Below, one piece after another: positions 43,819 to 53,870 of a DNA stretch of 64,000 bases. The notes beneath the pieces are model-generated. The model saw only the letters and a list, made by a program, of their open reading frames with translations, searched no databases and had not been told where the DNA came from. Origin of the DNA: Candidatus Ghiorseimicrobium undicola (GTDB taxonomy: Bacteria; Omnitrophota; Gorgyraeia; Ghiorseimicrobiales; Ghiorseimicrobiaceae); assembly GCA_002796125.1 (NCBI GenBank), contig PCWA01000035.1, positions 457-64,456 on the forward strand, written 5' to 3'. The translations under genes and the position numbers were made by a program. Positions within the stretch are counted from its first letter, which is position 1, and each line of letters opens with the position of its first letter.

Positions 43819-46545
43819 ATGGTAAAGAAATATGTTTACAGTTTTGGCGGAGGAAAAGCAGACGGAAACGGAAGCATGAAAAATCTTTTGGGTGGTAAAG
43901 GCGCAAACCTTGCTGAAATGGCAGGCCATAAGGATCTCAAACTTCCTGTTCCTCCCGGTTTTACGATTACTACCGAGGTATGTACTCATTATTATAAAAA
44001 TAAAAAGAAATATCCTCAGGGGCTTAGCGGACAACTAGATTCGGCCCTTAAAAAAATTGAAAAATTAATGGCTAAGAAATTCGGCGACGCCAATGATCCG
44101 CTTTTGGTTTCTGTCAGAAGCGGCGCGAGGGCGTCTATGCCTGGAATGATGGAAACGGTATTAAATGTCGGCCTGACCGAAAAAACTATTCCCGGGCTTA
44201 TAAAGATGAGTGGGAACGCGCGCTTTGTTTATGATGCTTATAGGCGCTTGATCATGATGTATTCCGACGTAGTAATGGAGAAAGCGGCAGGCATTGAACC
44301 AAAAGATGATATGGGTATACGCAAACAGCTTGAGCGTATAATGCATAAGCTTAAGAAGCAGAAAGGTGTAGCCCTGGATACGGACTTAGATGAGAATGAC
44401 TTAAAACAGCTTTGCCGTGATTTTAAGCTGAAGGTCAAAGAAGTTTTAGGCAAGGAATTTCCCGAAGACCATGTCAAGCAATTATGGGGAGCGATAAACG
44501 CGGTATTTTCCTCATGGAACGGCAGGCGGGCAATTTCTTACCGTAGAATAGAAGGTATCCCCGACGAGTGGGGTACGGCGGTTAATGTGCAGACTATGGT
44601 TTTTGGCAATATGGGGGAAACTTCCGCTACAGGTGTTGCTTTTACCAGAAATCCCGGAAACGGCGATAATAAGTTTTACGGCGAGTATCTGATTAACGCT
44701 CAAGGCGAGGATGTTGTCGCCGGCATTAGGACTCCGGCTCCCATAAATGCGTATTCTACCAGCGAGCATAACAAGGATTTGGCCACTTTAGAAAAAAAGA
44801 TGCCCAAGATATACAAAGAGCTTTTTGATATACAGAAAAGGCTGGAAAAGCATTATAAAAATATGCAGGATATCGAATTTACCATAGAAACCGGGCGCCT
44901 GTTTATGCTTCAGTGCAGAGTAGGAAAACGCAATGGGCCTGCGGCGCTTAAGATGGCTATGGATATGTATAAAGAAAAACTGATCGGTAAAGAAGAGGTT
45001 ATCAAACGAGTAACCCCCGCGCAGTTAGATGAATTGCTTCACCCTATAATCGACCCTAATGTTGAGAAAGAGAAAAAGCCGTTAACGAAAGGGCTTCCTG
45101 CCGGTCCGGGAGGAGCAAGCGGCCAGGTAGTTTTTAGCGCCAACGATGCGGTTGAATGGAAAAAGAGCGGCAAGAAGGTAATCTTGGTTCGCGAGGAAAC
45201 AAATCCCGAAGACGTTGAGGGCATGCGCGCGGCCGAGGCAATTCTTACAGCCCGCGGCGGCATGACCTCGCACGCGGCACTTGTCGCCCGCGGATGGGGC
45301 AAATGCTGTATAGTCGGATGCGGAGCTATGCATGTTGATTATGAAAATAAAACTTTTAGCGTCGATGGAAAGACGTTTAAAGAAGGAGATTGGGTCACTT
45401 TAAACGGCACCAAAGGAAATGTTTATGAAGGGCATCTTCCGATGATGGATGCTTCCCAGGAAAACACATTGTTCAATCAGTTTCTGAAACTTTGCGATAC
45501 CGTGCGCAAACTTAAGATCCGCACTAATGCCGATACGCCGGAAGATTCTATGAAGGCCAGGAATTTCGGGGCAGAAGGCATAGGTTTATTCAGGACAGAG
45601 CACATGTTTTATGGGAAAAATTCAGAAGAGCCTTTGTTTAAATTAAGGAAGATGATAATTTCAAAAACTACTGATGAAAGGCGCAAGGCTTTGGGTGAAT
45701 TATTCACGCATGTCAAGAATGATATAAAGGGCACGCTTAGCGCGATGAACGGTTTCCCTGTAACTATACGTTTACTTGATCCGCCTTTGCATGAGTTTGT
45801 GCCTCATCAGAAAGAACAGCTTGAAAGTTTAGCCGGGAGTTTGAATATTTCCATGGAGGAATTGGAAAGCAGGGCTAACTTATTGCGTGAGTCTAACCCT
45901 ATGATGGGGCATCGCGGCGTACGTTTGGGGGTGACCTATCCGGAAGTTACGGAAATGCAGGTTAGGGCAATCCTTGAGGCGGCAGCCGAGCTTATCAAGG
46001 ATAAACGCAAAGTTCATCCCGAGATAATGATTCCGGTTGTTTGTTCAGAGCGTGAGCTGGTTGATCAGTTTAAGATAGTCGAGCGCGTACATAAAGAGGT
46101 GGCGCGAAAATATAATTTAAAGAATATTCCCCATATGGCGGGAACTATGATAGAGATACCGCGCGCGGCTATTTTAGCGGGAAAAATAGCCGAGGTTGCC
46201 GAATTCTTTTCCTTCGGCACCAATGATCTTACCCAGATGGGTTTTGGTTTTTCTCGTGATGATATCGGCGGTTTTATCGGGGAGTACCTGAATAAGAAAA
46301 TCTTAGATGATGACCCGTTTGCCAGCATTGATCAGGAAGGGATAGGAGAGTTGATTAAAATGGCTATTGAACGCGGCAGAAAAACACGGCGTGATTTAAA
46401 GATCGGCATCTGCGGAGAGCACGGAGGAGAGCCGCGTTCCATAGAATTTTGTCATAACGCCGGTATGAATTATGTAAGCTGCTCACCATTCCGTGTGCCT
46501 ATAGCGAGGCTTGCGGCAGCACAGGCAGCGTTGAAAAGCAAGTAG
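43819..46545 (+). CDS. ppdK: Pyruvate, phosphate dikinase.
   Basis: 908 aa with GGKGANLAEM, catalytic His region TARGGMTSHAALVARGWGKCCIVGCG and a C-terminal PEP-utilising domain. Confidence 0.9.
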   Translation: MVKKYVYSFGGGKADGNGSMKNLLGGKGANLAEMAGHKDLKLPVPPGFTITTEVCTHYYKNKKKYPQGLSGQLDSALKKIEKLMAKKFGDANDPLLVSVRSGARASMPGMMETVLNVGLTEKTIPGLIKMSGNARFVYDAYRRLIMMYSDVVMEKAAGIEPKDDMGIRKQLERIMHKLKKQKGVALDTDLDENDLKQLCRDFKLKVKEVLGKEFPEDHVKQLWGAINAVFSSWNGRRAISYRRIEGIPDEWGTAVNVQTMVFGNMGETSATGVAFTRNPGNGDNKFYGEYLINAQGEDVVAGIRTPAPINAYSTSEHNKDLATLEKKMPKIYKELFDIQKRLEKHYKNMQDIEFTIETGRLFMLQCRVGKRNGPAALKMAMDMYKEKLIGKEEVIKRVTPAQLDELLHPIIDPNVEKEKKPLTKGLPAGPGGASGQVVFSANDAVEWKKSGKKVILVREETNPEDVEGMRAAEAILTARGGMTSHAALVARGWGKCCIVGCGAMHVDYENKTFSVDGKTFKEGDWVTLNGTKGNVYEGHLPMMDASQENTLFNQFLKLCDTVRKLKIRTNADTPEDSMKARNFGAEGIGLFRTEHMFYGKNSEEPLFKLRKMIISKTTDERRKALGELFTHVKNDIKGTLSAMNGFPVTIRLLDPPLHEFVPHQKEQLESLAGSLNISMEELESRANLLRESNPMMGHRGVRLGVTYPEVTEMQVRAILEAAAELIKDKRKVHPEIMIPVVCSERELVDQFKIVERVHKEVARKYNLKNIPHMAGTMIEIPRAAILAGKIAEVAEFFSFGTNDLTQMGFGFSRDDIGGFIGEYLNKKILDDDPFASIDQEGIGELIKMAIERGRKTRRDLKIGICGEHGGEPRSIEFCHNAGMNYVSCSPFRVPIARLAAAQAALKSK

Positions 46546-46584
46546 AGAGTTGCAAGTAGATAGTGAACGGAAATTTAACCTTTT

Positions 46585-46768
46585 CCCTTGCCTAAACATC
46601 GGGTAAATCTCTTCGATATTTACCCCGATAGGCTGCGGGTAGGTTCGCGATTGATAAGATCTAACCTACTCCGAAGCTTAAGGGGGAAATTCTCGGAGAG
46701 AATTTACCCCTTGCTTAAGCGAGGAGATAATTCGCGCAAATCTCGCCGTAGGCGGATGCGCTCATTGA
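46585..46768 (+). repeat. Copy 3 (longest) of the structured intergenic repeat element, ending exactly at the ATG of the sigma factor gene.
   Basis: cccttgcctaaacatcgggtaaat-ctcttcgat-atttaccccgataggctgcggg, plus an extra hairpin gggggaaattctc/ggagagaatttacccc, then ...gcgctcattga. The 64-aa ORF 46588-46782 lies inside it and is probably spurious. Confidence 0.8.
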
Positions 46769-47584
46769 ATGGACGCTATTAGGGCTTATTTTAAACAATT
46801 GCGCAAAATCAAGCTTCTTACTCCAAAAGACGAGGTAGAGCTAAGCCGCCGTATCAAAAAAGGCGATGAGGAAGCGCGCAAGAAAATGATCAGCGCTAAT
46901 CTGCGTCTGGTGGTGAGCATTGCCAAGCGTTATTCTTATTTAGGCGTGCCTCTTATGGATTTAATTGAAGAGGGCAATGTTGGCCTGATGCGCGCGGTAG
47001 AAAAATTCAGCGCGAAGCGCGGATTCAGGTTTTCGACATATGCCGCCTGGTGGATAAGGCAGGCAATTACGCGTTCTGTCTTTGACCAGGCAAAAACTAT
47101 CCGTATCCCCGTATACATGAATGAGCAGATAAATAAAATCCGCAAGGTTACGGAAAAGCTCTCTCATAAACTAAAACGCATACCTACAAGCGCAGAAATT
47201 GGCAAGGCAATGCGTATTTCCGCCAGAAAAGTAGAGCGCGTGAATATGTGGATTAAAAAAATATCTTCACTGGAGGCGCCGGTCGGAGATGAAAAAGAAG
47301 GGCAGATGATAGACCTGATTGAGAATGAAAATTCCGTAAGCCCGGATAAGGAATTAAGCCGTTTTATGAACAAAGAGCGGATTAATGATATCCTGGAAGT
47401 TATGGAGGCGCGCGAAAAAGAGATACTGGATTTACGTTTTGGGCTTGTAGATGGGACCATTCATACTTTAGCTGAAGTGGCCAAGCATCTTAAGCTTTCC
47501 CGCGAGCGCGTGCGCCAGATAGAAGAAAGGGCGTTGAAGAAGCTCCGTAAGTTTATCGAAGACCAGGAAGAGGAGTTAAGATAA
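46769..47584 (+). CDS. Sigma-70 family RNA polymerase sigma factor (group 1/2-like, no region 1.1).
   Basis: Region 2 ([19 protein letters not shown]...[13 protein letters not shown]...[17 protein letters not shown]...[14 protein letters not shown]), region 3, and region 4 ([28 protein letters not shown]). Confidence 0.85.
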   Translation: MDAIRAYFKQLRKIKLLTPKDEVELSRRIKKGDEEARKKMISANLRLVVSIAKRYSYLGVPLMDLIEEGNVGLMRAVEKFSAKRGFRFSTYAAWWIRQAITRSVFDQAKTIRIPVYMNEQINKIRKVTEKLSHKLKRIPTSAEIGKAMRISARKVERVNMWIKKISSLEAPVGDEKEGQMIDLIENENSVSPDKELSRFMNKERINDILEVMEAREKEILDLRFGLVDGTIHTLAEVAKHLKLSRERVRQIEERALKKLRKFIEDQEEELR

Positions 47585-47585
47585 T

Positions 47586-48443
47586 ATGAAGACATCTCTG
47601 CATCATGTATTTGCTTTGGTAGTCAGGCGTTTTGAGGATGCCCTGCATTCTTTTTATGTTTCAGAGGTTATAAAAGGGGCTTCTCTTGCCGCCAGCCGCC
47701 TGAAAATAGACTTGCTTGTCCATGTCACCGAAAAGAAGGTTCACGTCGACTGGCTTAATTCCCCGACGCTTAACCTTGAATATGTGGACGGAATTTTATT
47801 CGCTGATATCGATTGTGACGTAAAGACGCTTAAGAAGGTGCTGGATAAGAAAATACCCTGCCTGGTGATGAATAATTATTTAAAAGACCCCATAAACTGT
47901 ATCTCTATTGACAATAAGAATGCCGCGGTTGAGGCAGTGGAATATTTAATAAATCTTGGGCATACAAAAATTGCCACTATCAGTGGAGATTTGAGTACAC
48001 AGGCAGGCAAAGACAGGCTGGAAGGCTATAAGGTTGCTCTTACGCAAAATAAAATTCCTATCAATTTAAATTATATCCGTACGGGAAATTTTCTGCGCAC
48101 CCCTGCTCATCAGGCGGCAGAAACACTCCTTTCTCTAACTGACAGGCCTACCGCTATATTTGCCGCCAGCGACATCATGGCGCTTGAAGCGATAAGCGTC
48201 GCCGGCAAAAAAAACATAAAAGTCCCTGAACAGTTATCTGTTATCGGTTTTGATGATAATCCTATTCTTTCATATAGCGCGTTAGGGCTTACTACGGTAA
48301 GGCAGCCGATAACTGAAATGGGCAGGCTTGCCGTAGAGAATTTGTACCAGATAGTTAATAAAAAGGCAAAACAGGTTCCGATTAAGGTGCTCTTGCCTAC
48401 GAAGTTAATTAAGAGGGAAAGCTGCAAAGAAGTTAAAAAATAA
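47586..48443 (+). CDS. LacI/PBP1-type ligand-binding domain protein lacking the N-terminal HTH.
   Basis: Periplasmic-binding-protein type 1 fold signatures ([40 protein letters not shown]) with no DNA-binding domain. Start is 2 nt after the sigma factor stop. Confidence 0.55.
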   Translation: MKTSLHHVFALVVRRFEDALHSFYVSEVIKGASLAASRLKIDLLVHVTEKKVHVDWLNSPTLNLEYVDGILFADIDCDVKTLKKVLDKKIPCLVMNNYLKDPINCISIDNKNAAVEAVEYLINLGHTKIATISGDLSTQAGKDRLEGYKVALTQNKIPINLNYIRTGNFLRTPAHQAAETLLSLTDRPTAIFAASDIMALEAISVAGKKNIKVPEQLSVIGFDDNPILSYSALGLTTVRQPITEMGRLAVENLYQIVNKKAKQVPIKVLLPTKLIKRESCKEVKK

Positions 48444-48456
48444 AAATGGAGAATTT

Positions 48457-48978
48457 ATGGATATAGAACAACTAAAAAATTCTATACGCGCCATACCCGA
48501 TTTTCCCAAAAAAGGGATTTTATTCAGGGATATAACCACTTTGCTTTCTGATAAGGAGGCGTTTAAAGCGGCTATTGATATGCTCTATGATTACTATAAA
48601 GATAAAAAAATAGATTGCGTTGTAGGCATAGAATCACGCGGTTTTATTCTTGGTTCCGTGCTCGCGTATAAATTAGGCTGCGGCTTTGTGCCGGTGAGAA
48701 AAAAAAATAAATTGCCTTATAAAACGCACAGCATAACCTACAGCCTGGAATATGGCACTGATACCCTGGAAATCCATGAGGATGCTTTTGCTAAAGGCGC
48801 GCGTATTTTAATCGTAGATGATCTTTTGGCAACCGGCGGGACAGTGGCGGCTGTTTGTGATTTAGTCAAAAAAATATCTTCTGATATCGTGGGAATATGT
48901 TTCTTGATTGAACTTACTGCTTTATCCGGCCGTGATAAGCTTAAAGGCCTGCCAGTTTTTTCATTAATTAAATTCTAA
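48457..48978 (+). CDS. apt: Adenine phosphoribosyltransferase.
   Basis: PRPP-binding motif [13 protein letters not shown] and [13 protein letters not shown], about 173 aa. Confidence 0.9.
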   Translation: MDIEQLKNSIRAIPDFPKKGILFRDITTLLSDKEAFKAAIDMLYDYYKDKKIDCVVGIESRGFILGSVLAYKLGCGFVPVRKKNKLPYKTHSITYSLEYGTDTLEIHEDAFAKGARILIVDDLLATGGTVAAVCDLVKKISSDIVGICFLIELTALSGRDKLKGLPVFSLIKF

Positions 48979-48999
48979 TTTTTCATTTTGCATTTTAAT

Positions 49000-49073
49000 G
49001 CGCCTGTAGCTCAGTTGGATAGAGCGTCCGCCTCCTAAGCAGAAGGCCCCCGGTTCGACTCCGGGCAGGCGCA
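49000..49073 (+). tRNA. tRNA-Arg (anticodon CCU).
   Basis: Cloverleaf: acceptor gcgcctg/caggcgc, D-arm gctc...gagc, anticodon loop cuCCUaa with U33/A37, T-arm cccgg-ttcgact-ccggg, discriminator A. One mismatch in the anticodon stem. Confidence 0.8.
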
Positions 49074-49074
49074 T

Positions 49075-49125
49075 AAATACAGAACTAAGAACTAAGAGTT
49101 ACGAGCTAAGAGTAAGTGGTTTTGA
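49075..49125. repeat. 7-bp tandem repeat (taagagn-type) immediately 3' of tRNA-Arg. A related attttnn-type repeat lies 5' of the tRNA at 48966-48999.
   Basis: acagaac taagaac taagagt tacgagc taagagt aagtggt. Confidence 0.7.
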
Positions 49126-49154
49126 GGCAGAATTGTGGCAATTGTAAAAAAACC

Positions 49155-49183
49155 TTGACAAAGCAGGCTTTTCTTGATAAATT
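49155..49183 (+). promoter_or_regulatory. Promoter candidate upstream of the outer-membrane protein gene.
   Basis: TTGACA at 49155-49160, a 17-nt spacer, TAAATT at 49178-49183. A long (~190 nt) leader follows. Confidence 0.35.
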
Positions 49184-49375
49184 TAACACAATATATACGT
49201 GCTACAAATGGCTATACCGCCAGAGGTAACTTTAAACATGACGGGAAAGGAGGTGTGGATATTAAAAGTCAAAGTTATCAAACTCCCGGCGATATAACAT
49301 AAATGGTAATTTCTAGGAAAAAGAACCTAGTTTAATATACTTACTGAATTTTTTAAAACTTTAAGGAGGTAGTAA

Positions 49376-50920
49376 ATGAGTAAAAAACTACTTATGTTCT
49401 GCGCGGCAATACTTGCTTTGGCATTAGTAGTGCCTGCATACGCTGAAGTACAGAACGTAAAAGTAAGCGGAGACCTTACCATTAATGCGTTAGATAGGTA
49501 TAATTTCGCATTGGGTAATACTGATGTTAATTGCGGTGGACATCAGGACGTATTGTATTCCGTTGCCCGTTTAAGAGTAGATGCCGAGTTAACCGACAAC
49601 GTATCAGTAGTAACAAGGCTCTTAAATGAAAGAATCTGGGGTGAAGAATATTATACAGACAACGATGGGGCTACCCAGATACCGACCGGAAGCGCTATCA
49701 CATCCAGCATCAGCCTTGATTTGGCATATGCTGTATTAAAAGAGTTCCTTTATTCGCCTTTGACATTGACCTTAGGCCGTCAGGAACTTCATTTCGGAAA
49801 TGACCTGATCATCGGTGATGTTGACGGCAATAGCATTGCCACACCCGCTTCACCTTTGACAATAACACAGGCTTCTTTAACTGACTTAGGCGACTTAAGC
49901 GTGCGTAAATCATTTGACGCTTTGCGCGGCACCTTGAATTACACGGTTGCCGATCAGCCTTTGACGGTTGATATGGTTTATTCCGTAATTGATGAAAATC
50001 TTAACAACAGAGATGATGATGTAAGGTTATACGGCGGAAACGCCAATTATCCGGTAAACAATGATATCTTGACCGAGGCTTATTTCTGGACCAGAGAAAG
50101 AAGGCCTGATTCAGTAGCAAGTATTACCGGCGCTCTTACTCCTGGACAAAATGAATTAAAGACGGAAAGATTGCATGTTATCGGTACAAGAGGAGTTTAT
50201 ACCGGTATAGATAATCTTACCCTTCAGGGCGAGTGGGCATATCAGTTTGGTAACAAATATATGGATTCCACGCTTTTACCTAACCTGATAACAGCGGCAA
50301 CGATTTTAAATAATCCTAATGGTTACAGGCTGGAAGATTCGCTTGAAGATGTAAGCGCGTGGGCATTACAGTTAGGCGCTAATTACGCCTTTGAGGATGT
50401 CCGTCACCTCCCGGTGCTAGGTATAATTTATACCCATTTATCCGGCGAGAATCCGTATGATTGTTCTGGCGGTATAAGCGAGCCAGATGGTGCTGCTTGG
50501 AATGGCTGGGATGCGATGTTTGAAAATCAGGCAACCGGTACAATATGGAATAAACTGCTTGGTTATTCAAACTGCGATCTTATCAATGTAACTGGAAGTG
50601 TTAAGCCTGATTTCATTGATGATTTGACAATCTTTGCTAACTGGTACCATATCAGATTGGATCAGCAATTAAGCAACAGCGAAGCCGGTTTGTATATACT
50701 TAGCGGAGTCGCGGGCGGCCAGACATTCAAGGTAAGCAGCGATAAGCACGTTGGTGATGAAATAGACGTAAATTTGGTCTATGACTACACAGAAGACGTA
50801 CAGTTAGGCTTAAACCTTGGATGGTTTACCCCTGGCGATCTGTTTAAAAGCACTGATGGCAATGAAGTAAACATGAAGACAGCCACACAGGCAATCGCCT
50901 CTTGCAAAGTTACATTTTAA
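49376..50920 (+). CDS. Outer-membrane beta-barrel protein (porin-like), unknown family.
   Basis: Signal peptide MSKKLLMFCAAILALALVVPAYA, alternating-polarity strands, aromatic girdle residues, and a C-terminal ...CKVTF. Confidence 0.55.
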   Translation: MSKKLLMFCAAILALALVVPAYAEVQNVKVSGDLTINALDRYNFALGNTDVNCGGHQDVLYSVARLRVDAELTDNVSVVTRLLNERIWGEEYYTDNDGATQIPTGSAITSSISLDLAYAVLKEFLYSPLTLTLGRQELHFGNDLIIGDVDGNSIATPASPLTITQASLTDLGDLSVRKSFDALRGTLNYTVADQPLTVDMVYSVIDENLNNRDDDVRLYGGNANYPVNNDILTEAYFWTRERRPDSVASITGALTPGQNELKTERLHVIGTRGVYTGIDNLTLQGEWAYQFGNKYMDSTLLPNLITAATILNNPNGYRLEDSLEDVSAWALQLGANYAFEDVRHLPVLGIIYTHLSGENPYDCSGGISEPDGAAWNGWDAMFENQATGTIWNKLLGYSNCDLINVTGSVKPDFIDDLTIFANWYHIRLDQQLSNSEAGLYILSGVAGGQTFKVSSDKHVGDEIDVNLVYDYTEDVQLGLNLGWFTPGDLFKSTDGNEVNMKTATQAIASCKVTF

Positions 50921-50940
50921 CTTAAGCGGTTGTAAAATAA

Positions 50941-50975
50941 AACCCCGCAGGCCAAAAGCTTGCGGGGTTTTTTAT
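50941..50975 (+). terminator. Rho-independent terminator.
   Basis: aaccccgcaGgccaaaagctTgcggggtt stem (9 bp, GC-rich) followed by tttttatt. Confidence 0.8.
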
Positions 50976-51076
50976 TGCTTATGAATAAGTAATTTGTTAT
51001 AATATTTTAGTTAAGCCTAAGTCATTGACAAAAGAGACAGATTTTATTTGACACCATATGTATATATTGTTAAAAT

Positions 51077-51661
51077 ATGAAAAATAGAAAGATTTACGAC
51101 CAGATTGCCGACACTTTTTTAGGAGCAAGAAAAAAAATAGATGTCAAAAGAGATACGCGAAAACAAAAAAAGATTATTGTATTGGCGGTAATAATTATCA
51201 GTATATTATTTACCGCCCTTTTTTTAAAGAAATCCGCTCTTTCTAATGGTAGGGACGCTAAGGATGTAAAAGGGGCGGTTTATGTGCTTAGCGAGCGGTA
51301 TCCGCTGAGATTATCTTATAATTTACAATATCCTTCAAGCGGCATAAAGAATTTTTCATTTTCCCTGCCGCCTGTCGATCTAGGCGCCTATAAATTATTT
51401 GCATTACGCATCAAGGGCGATAAGGAAGCGGACTTTACAAAAATAATCAAGATAGAGTTTGAAAATTCGCGGCACGAGAAGGACTCGTTTTACGCCGACG
51501 GGATTACTGAAAAGTGGCAGGAATTTTCCGCCGCCTTTGATAAATTAAATAATATCAGCGATTGGTCAGAGATTACAAAGATATCTTTTATTTTTGAAGA
51601 TTGGAACGTTAGCCGGAAAAAAGGCATTATATATATTGATAATATAAGGTTTAGCGAGTAG
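51077..51661 (+). CDS. Membrane-anchored hypothetical protein with a beta-sandwich (carbohydrate-binding-module-like) C-terminal domain.
   Basis: One TM (IIVLAVIIISILFTALFL). The C-terminal ...WSEITKISFIFEDWN...GIIYIDNIRF resembles a CBM/jelly-roll terminus. Weak. Confidence 0.3.
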   Translation: MKNRKIYDQIADTFLGARKKIDVKRDTRKQKKIIVLAVIIISILFTALFLKKSALSNGRDAKDVKGAVYVLSERYPLRLSYNLQYPSSGIKNFSFSLPPVDLGAYKLFALRIKGDKEADFTKIIKIEFENSRHEKDSFYADGITEKWQEFSAAFDKLNNISDWSEITKISFIFEDWNVSRKKGIIYIDNIRFSE

Positions 51662-51674
51662 AGGAGGTTAAAAT

Positions 51675-52784
51675 ATGCGTATAATATCTATCGCGAATCA
51701 GAAAGGCGGATGCGGAAAAACTACTACCGCGGTAAATTTATCTGCCGGGCTTGCTTCTTTAGGTTATAAGGTTTTACTTATAGATTTAGACCCTCAGGCG
51801 CATGCTTCTCTCGGCTTAGGCGTATCCCGCGAGATTACTATTTATGACGTGCTTTCAAAGCTTACAAAATATAAGGCAACGCTTTCGCAGATAATAGTTC
51901 CCATAAATGATAACTTTGATTTGGCTCCTTCCAATATACTTCTCTCAACCCTTGAGCAGGAATTATCCGATGAAATATCCAGGGAGGCGTGCCTTCATGA
52001 AGTGCTTTCAAGCTTTAAATCAAATTATGATTTTTGTTTTATAGATTGCCCCCCGAATCTTGGGCTTTTGACGATTAATGCCATCCGGGCGAGTTCCGAG
52101 GTAATCATTCCTGCCGAGGCAAGCCGCTTTTCAGTAGAAGGCGTTAAAAAAATAACCGAAATTATCGACCTCATAAAGAACCGGCTGAATCACGCGGTAA
52201 CCAATAAAGTGTTGGTCACCATGTTTGATTCCCGCCTAAATCATTCATTTGAAGTGCTCAATACAATTAAGAATGTTTTTGCCAAAAACTTATTTGATAC
52301 GATTGTCCATGTTAATGTAAAGCTTAAAGAGGCTCAATCCAGCGGCCTTCCTGTTATCGCGCACGATAAATATTGCCGCGGCAGTAAGGACTACATCAGC
52401 CTTGCCAGAGAACTCACCTTAAATAGCAAGCCGCGGGAACAGGAAAAAGTGACGGAAAAAGCCGTAAAGGCAACATTGGAGAAGAAGATAGAAGAAGAAA
52501 TGCGAAAATTTATCCCTGTCGCTTTTAACCTGCACGCGCCTGATGCGAAGGAAGTTTATTTAGTGGGCGACTTTAATAACTGGACGAAATCCGATGAAGC
52601 GCGCATGATCCGCCAGGGCAACGGCGACGCTAAGTGGTCGATTAATTTACCTTTGGCGCGCGGCGGCTACCGCTATAAATTTATCGTTGATGATAATTGG
52701 ACGGAAGACCCTTTAAACCCCAAAAAGGCGAGGAATTCTTTCGGAGGAGTGGATTCTTTAATAGAGGTTTCAGATAATAATTAA
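51675..52784 (+). CDS. ParA/MinD-family ATPase fused to a C-terminal CBM48 / AMPK-beta glycogen-binding-like domain.
   Basis: Deviant Walker A IANQKGGCGKTTTAVNL and ParA motifs (LLIDLDPQ, FIDCPPNLG). The C-terminus VYLVGDFNNWTKSDEARMIRQGNGDAKWSINLPLARGGYRYKFIVDDNWTEDPLNP matches the CBM48 fold. Confidence 0.7.
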   Translation: MRIISIANQKGGCGKTTTAVNLSAGLASLGYKVLLIDLDPQAHASLGLGVSREITIYDVLSKLTKYKATLSQIIVPINDNFDLAPSNILLSTLEQELSDEISREACLHEVLSSFKSNYDFCFIDCPPNLGLLTINAIRASSEVIIPAEASRFSVEGVKKITEIIDLIKNRLNHAVTNKVLVTMFDSRLNHSFEVLNTIKNVFAKNLFDTIVHVNVKLKEAQSSGLPVIAHDKYCRGSKDYISLARELTLNSKPREQEKVTEKAVKATLEKKIEEEMRKFIPVAFNLHAPDAKEVYLVGDFNNWTKSDEARMIRQGNGDAKWSINLPLARGGYRYKFIVDDNWTEDPLNPKKARNSFGGVDSLIEVSDNN

Positions 52785-52858
52785 AATACCGTTTGATTTA
52801 ATAAATCCCGCATGCTTGGCGCCTTAAATATGCGGGATTTATTTTAACCCATATAAAC

Positions 52859-53863
52859 ATGAAAGAAGCGCTTCTTTATAAAAAACTTGAAAATAAAAAA
52901 GTCGCTTGTTTTCTCTGCGCGCATCATTGCAACATTGCCTCTGGCGGAGTAGGGGTATGCGGCGTGCGGAAAAATATAAACGGAGAGCTTTTTACTTTTT
53001 CCTACGGCAATTTGATATCTGCCAACCTTGATCCTATAGAGAAAAAGCCGCTGTTCCATTTTATGCCCGGTAGTTCATCTTACTCTATCGCTGCCAAGGG
53101 ATGTAATTTCAGGTGCGGCTTTTGCCAGAACTGGCAGATATCGCAGGACAGGGACATTGACGGCAGGGGCGAATTTAACAAAGAATACTTACCTGAAAAT
53201 GTCGTTAAGGCGGCTGTTAAAAGCGGCGCGAAAAGCGTTTCATACACATATACGGAACCTACAATCTTTTTTGAATATGCCATGGATATTGCCAAGGCGG
53301 CAAATTCCAATGGATTAAAAAATGTTTTTGTGACCAACGGCTATATGACCGCCGATGCTCTAAAGTTGATCAGGCCTTATCTTGATGCCGCCAATATTGA
53401 TCTAAAATCATTCAGGGATGATTTTTATAAGAAGGTTTGCGCAGGCAGGCTCTTACCGGTATTAGATACTATACGCTTAATGCATGAGCTTGGCATATGG
53501 ATAGAATTGACTACTTTAGTCATTCCCGGATTAAATGATTCAGAAAAAGAGCTCAGCTCTATTGCCGCTTTTATCGCAAAAGTAGACAAATCCATCCCTT
53601 GGCATGTATCGCGTTTTCATCCTGACTACAAATTACAGGATAACCCGCCTACTTCAGTAAAAACCTTGGAAATGGCTAAACAGGCAGGGGAGAAGGCAGG
53701 CCTGCGCTATGTTTACATTGGCAATGTAATGCAGGAAGAAAATACTTTTTGTTATAATTGCGGAAAGCTATTAATACGCAGGATTATGTTTAATGTAGGC
53801 GAAAACAATATTAAAAATGCCAAATGTTTATATTGCAATTCGCCAATCGATGGTGTATATTAA
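52859..53863 (+). CDS. Radical SAM enzyme of the PflA-like activase clade, with an AmmeMemoRadiSam-type signature.
   Basis: N-terminal CFLCAHHCNIASGGVGVCGVRKN and radical SAM cluster CNFRCGFCQNWQIS. Confidence 0.6.
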   Translation: MKEALLYKKLENKKVACFLCAHHCNIASGGVGVCGVRKNINGELFTFSYGNLISANLDPIEKKPLFHFMPGSSSYSIAAKGCNFRCGFCQNWQISQDRDIDGRGEFNKEYLPENVVKAAVKSGAKSVSYTYTEPTIFFEYAMDIAKAANSNGLKNVFVTNGYMTADALKLIRPYLDAANIDLKSFRDDFYKKVCAGRLLPVLDTIRLMHELGIWIELTTLVIPGLNDSEKELSSIAAFIAKVDKSIPWHVSRFHPDYKLQDNPPTSVKTLEMAKQAGEKAGLRYVYIGNVMQEENTFCYNCGKLLIRRIMFNVGENNIKNAKCLYCNSPIDGVY

Positions 53864-53870
53864 ATACCGT

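Noticed and set aside
46588-46782. 64-aa ORF MPKHRVNLFDIYPDRLRV...
   Set aside because: Lies entirely within copy 3 of the structured intergenic repeat. Arg-rich translation of hairpin DNA and not conserved in the other two copies' frames.
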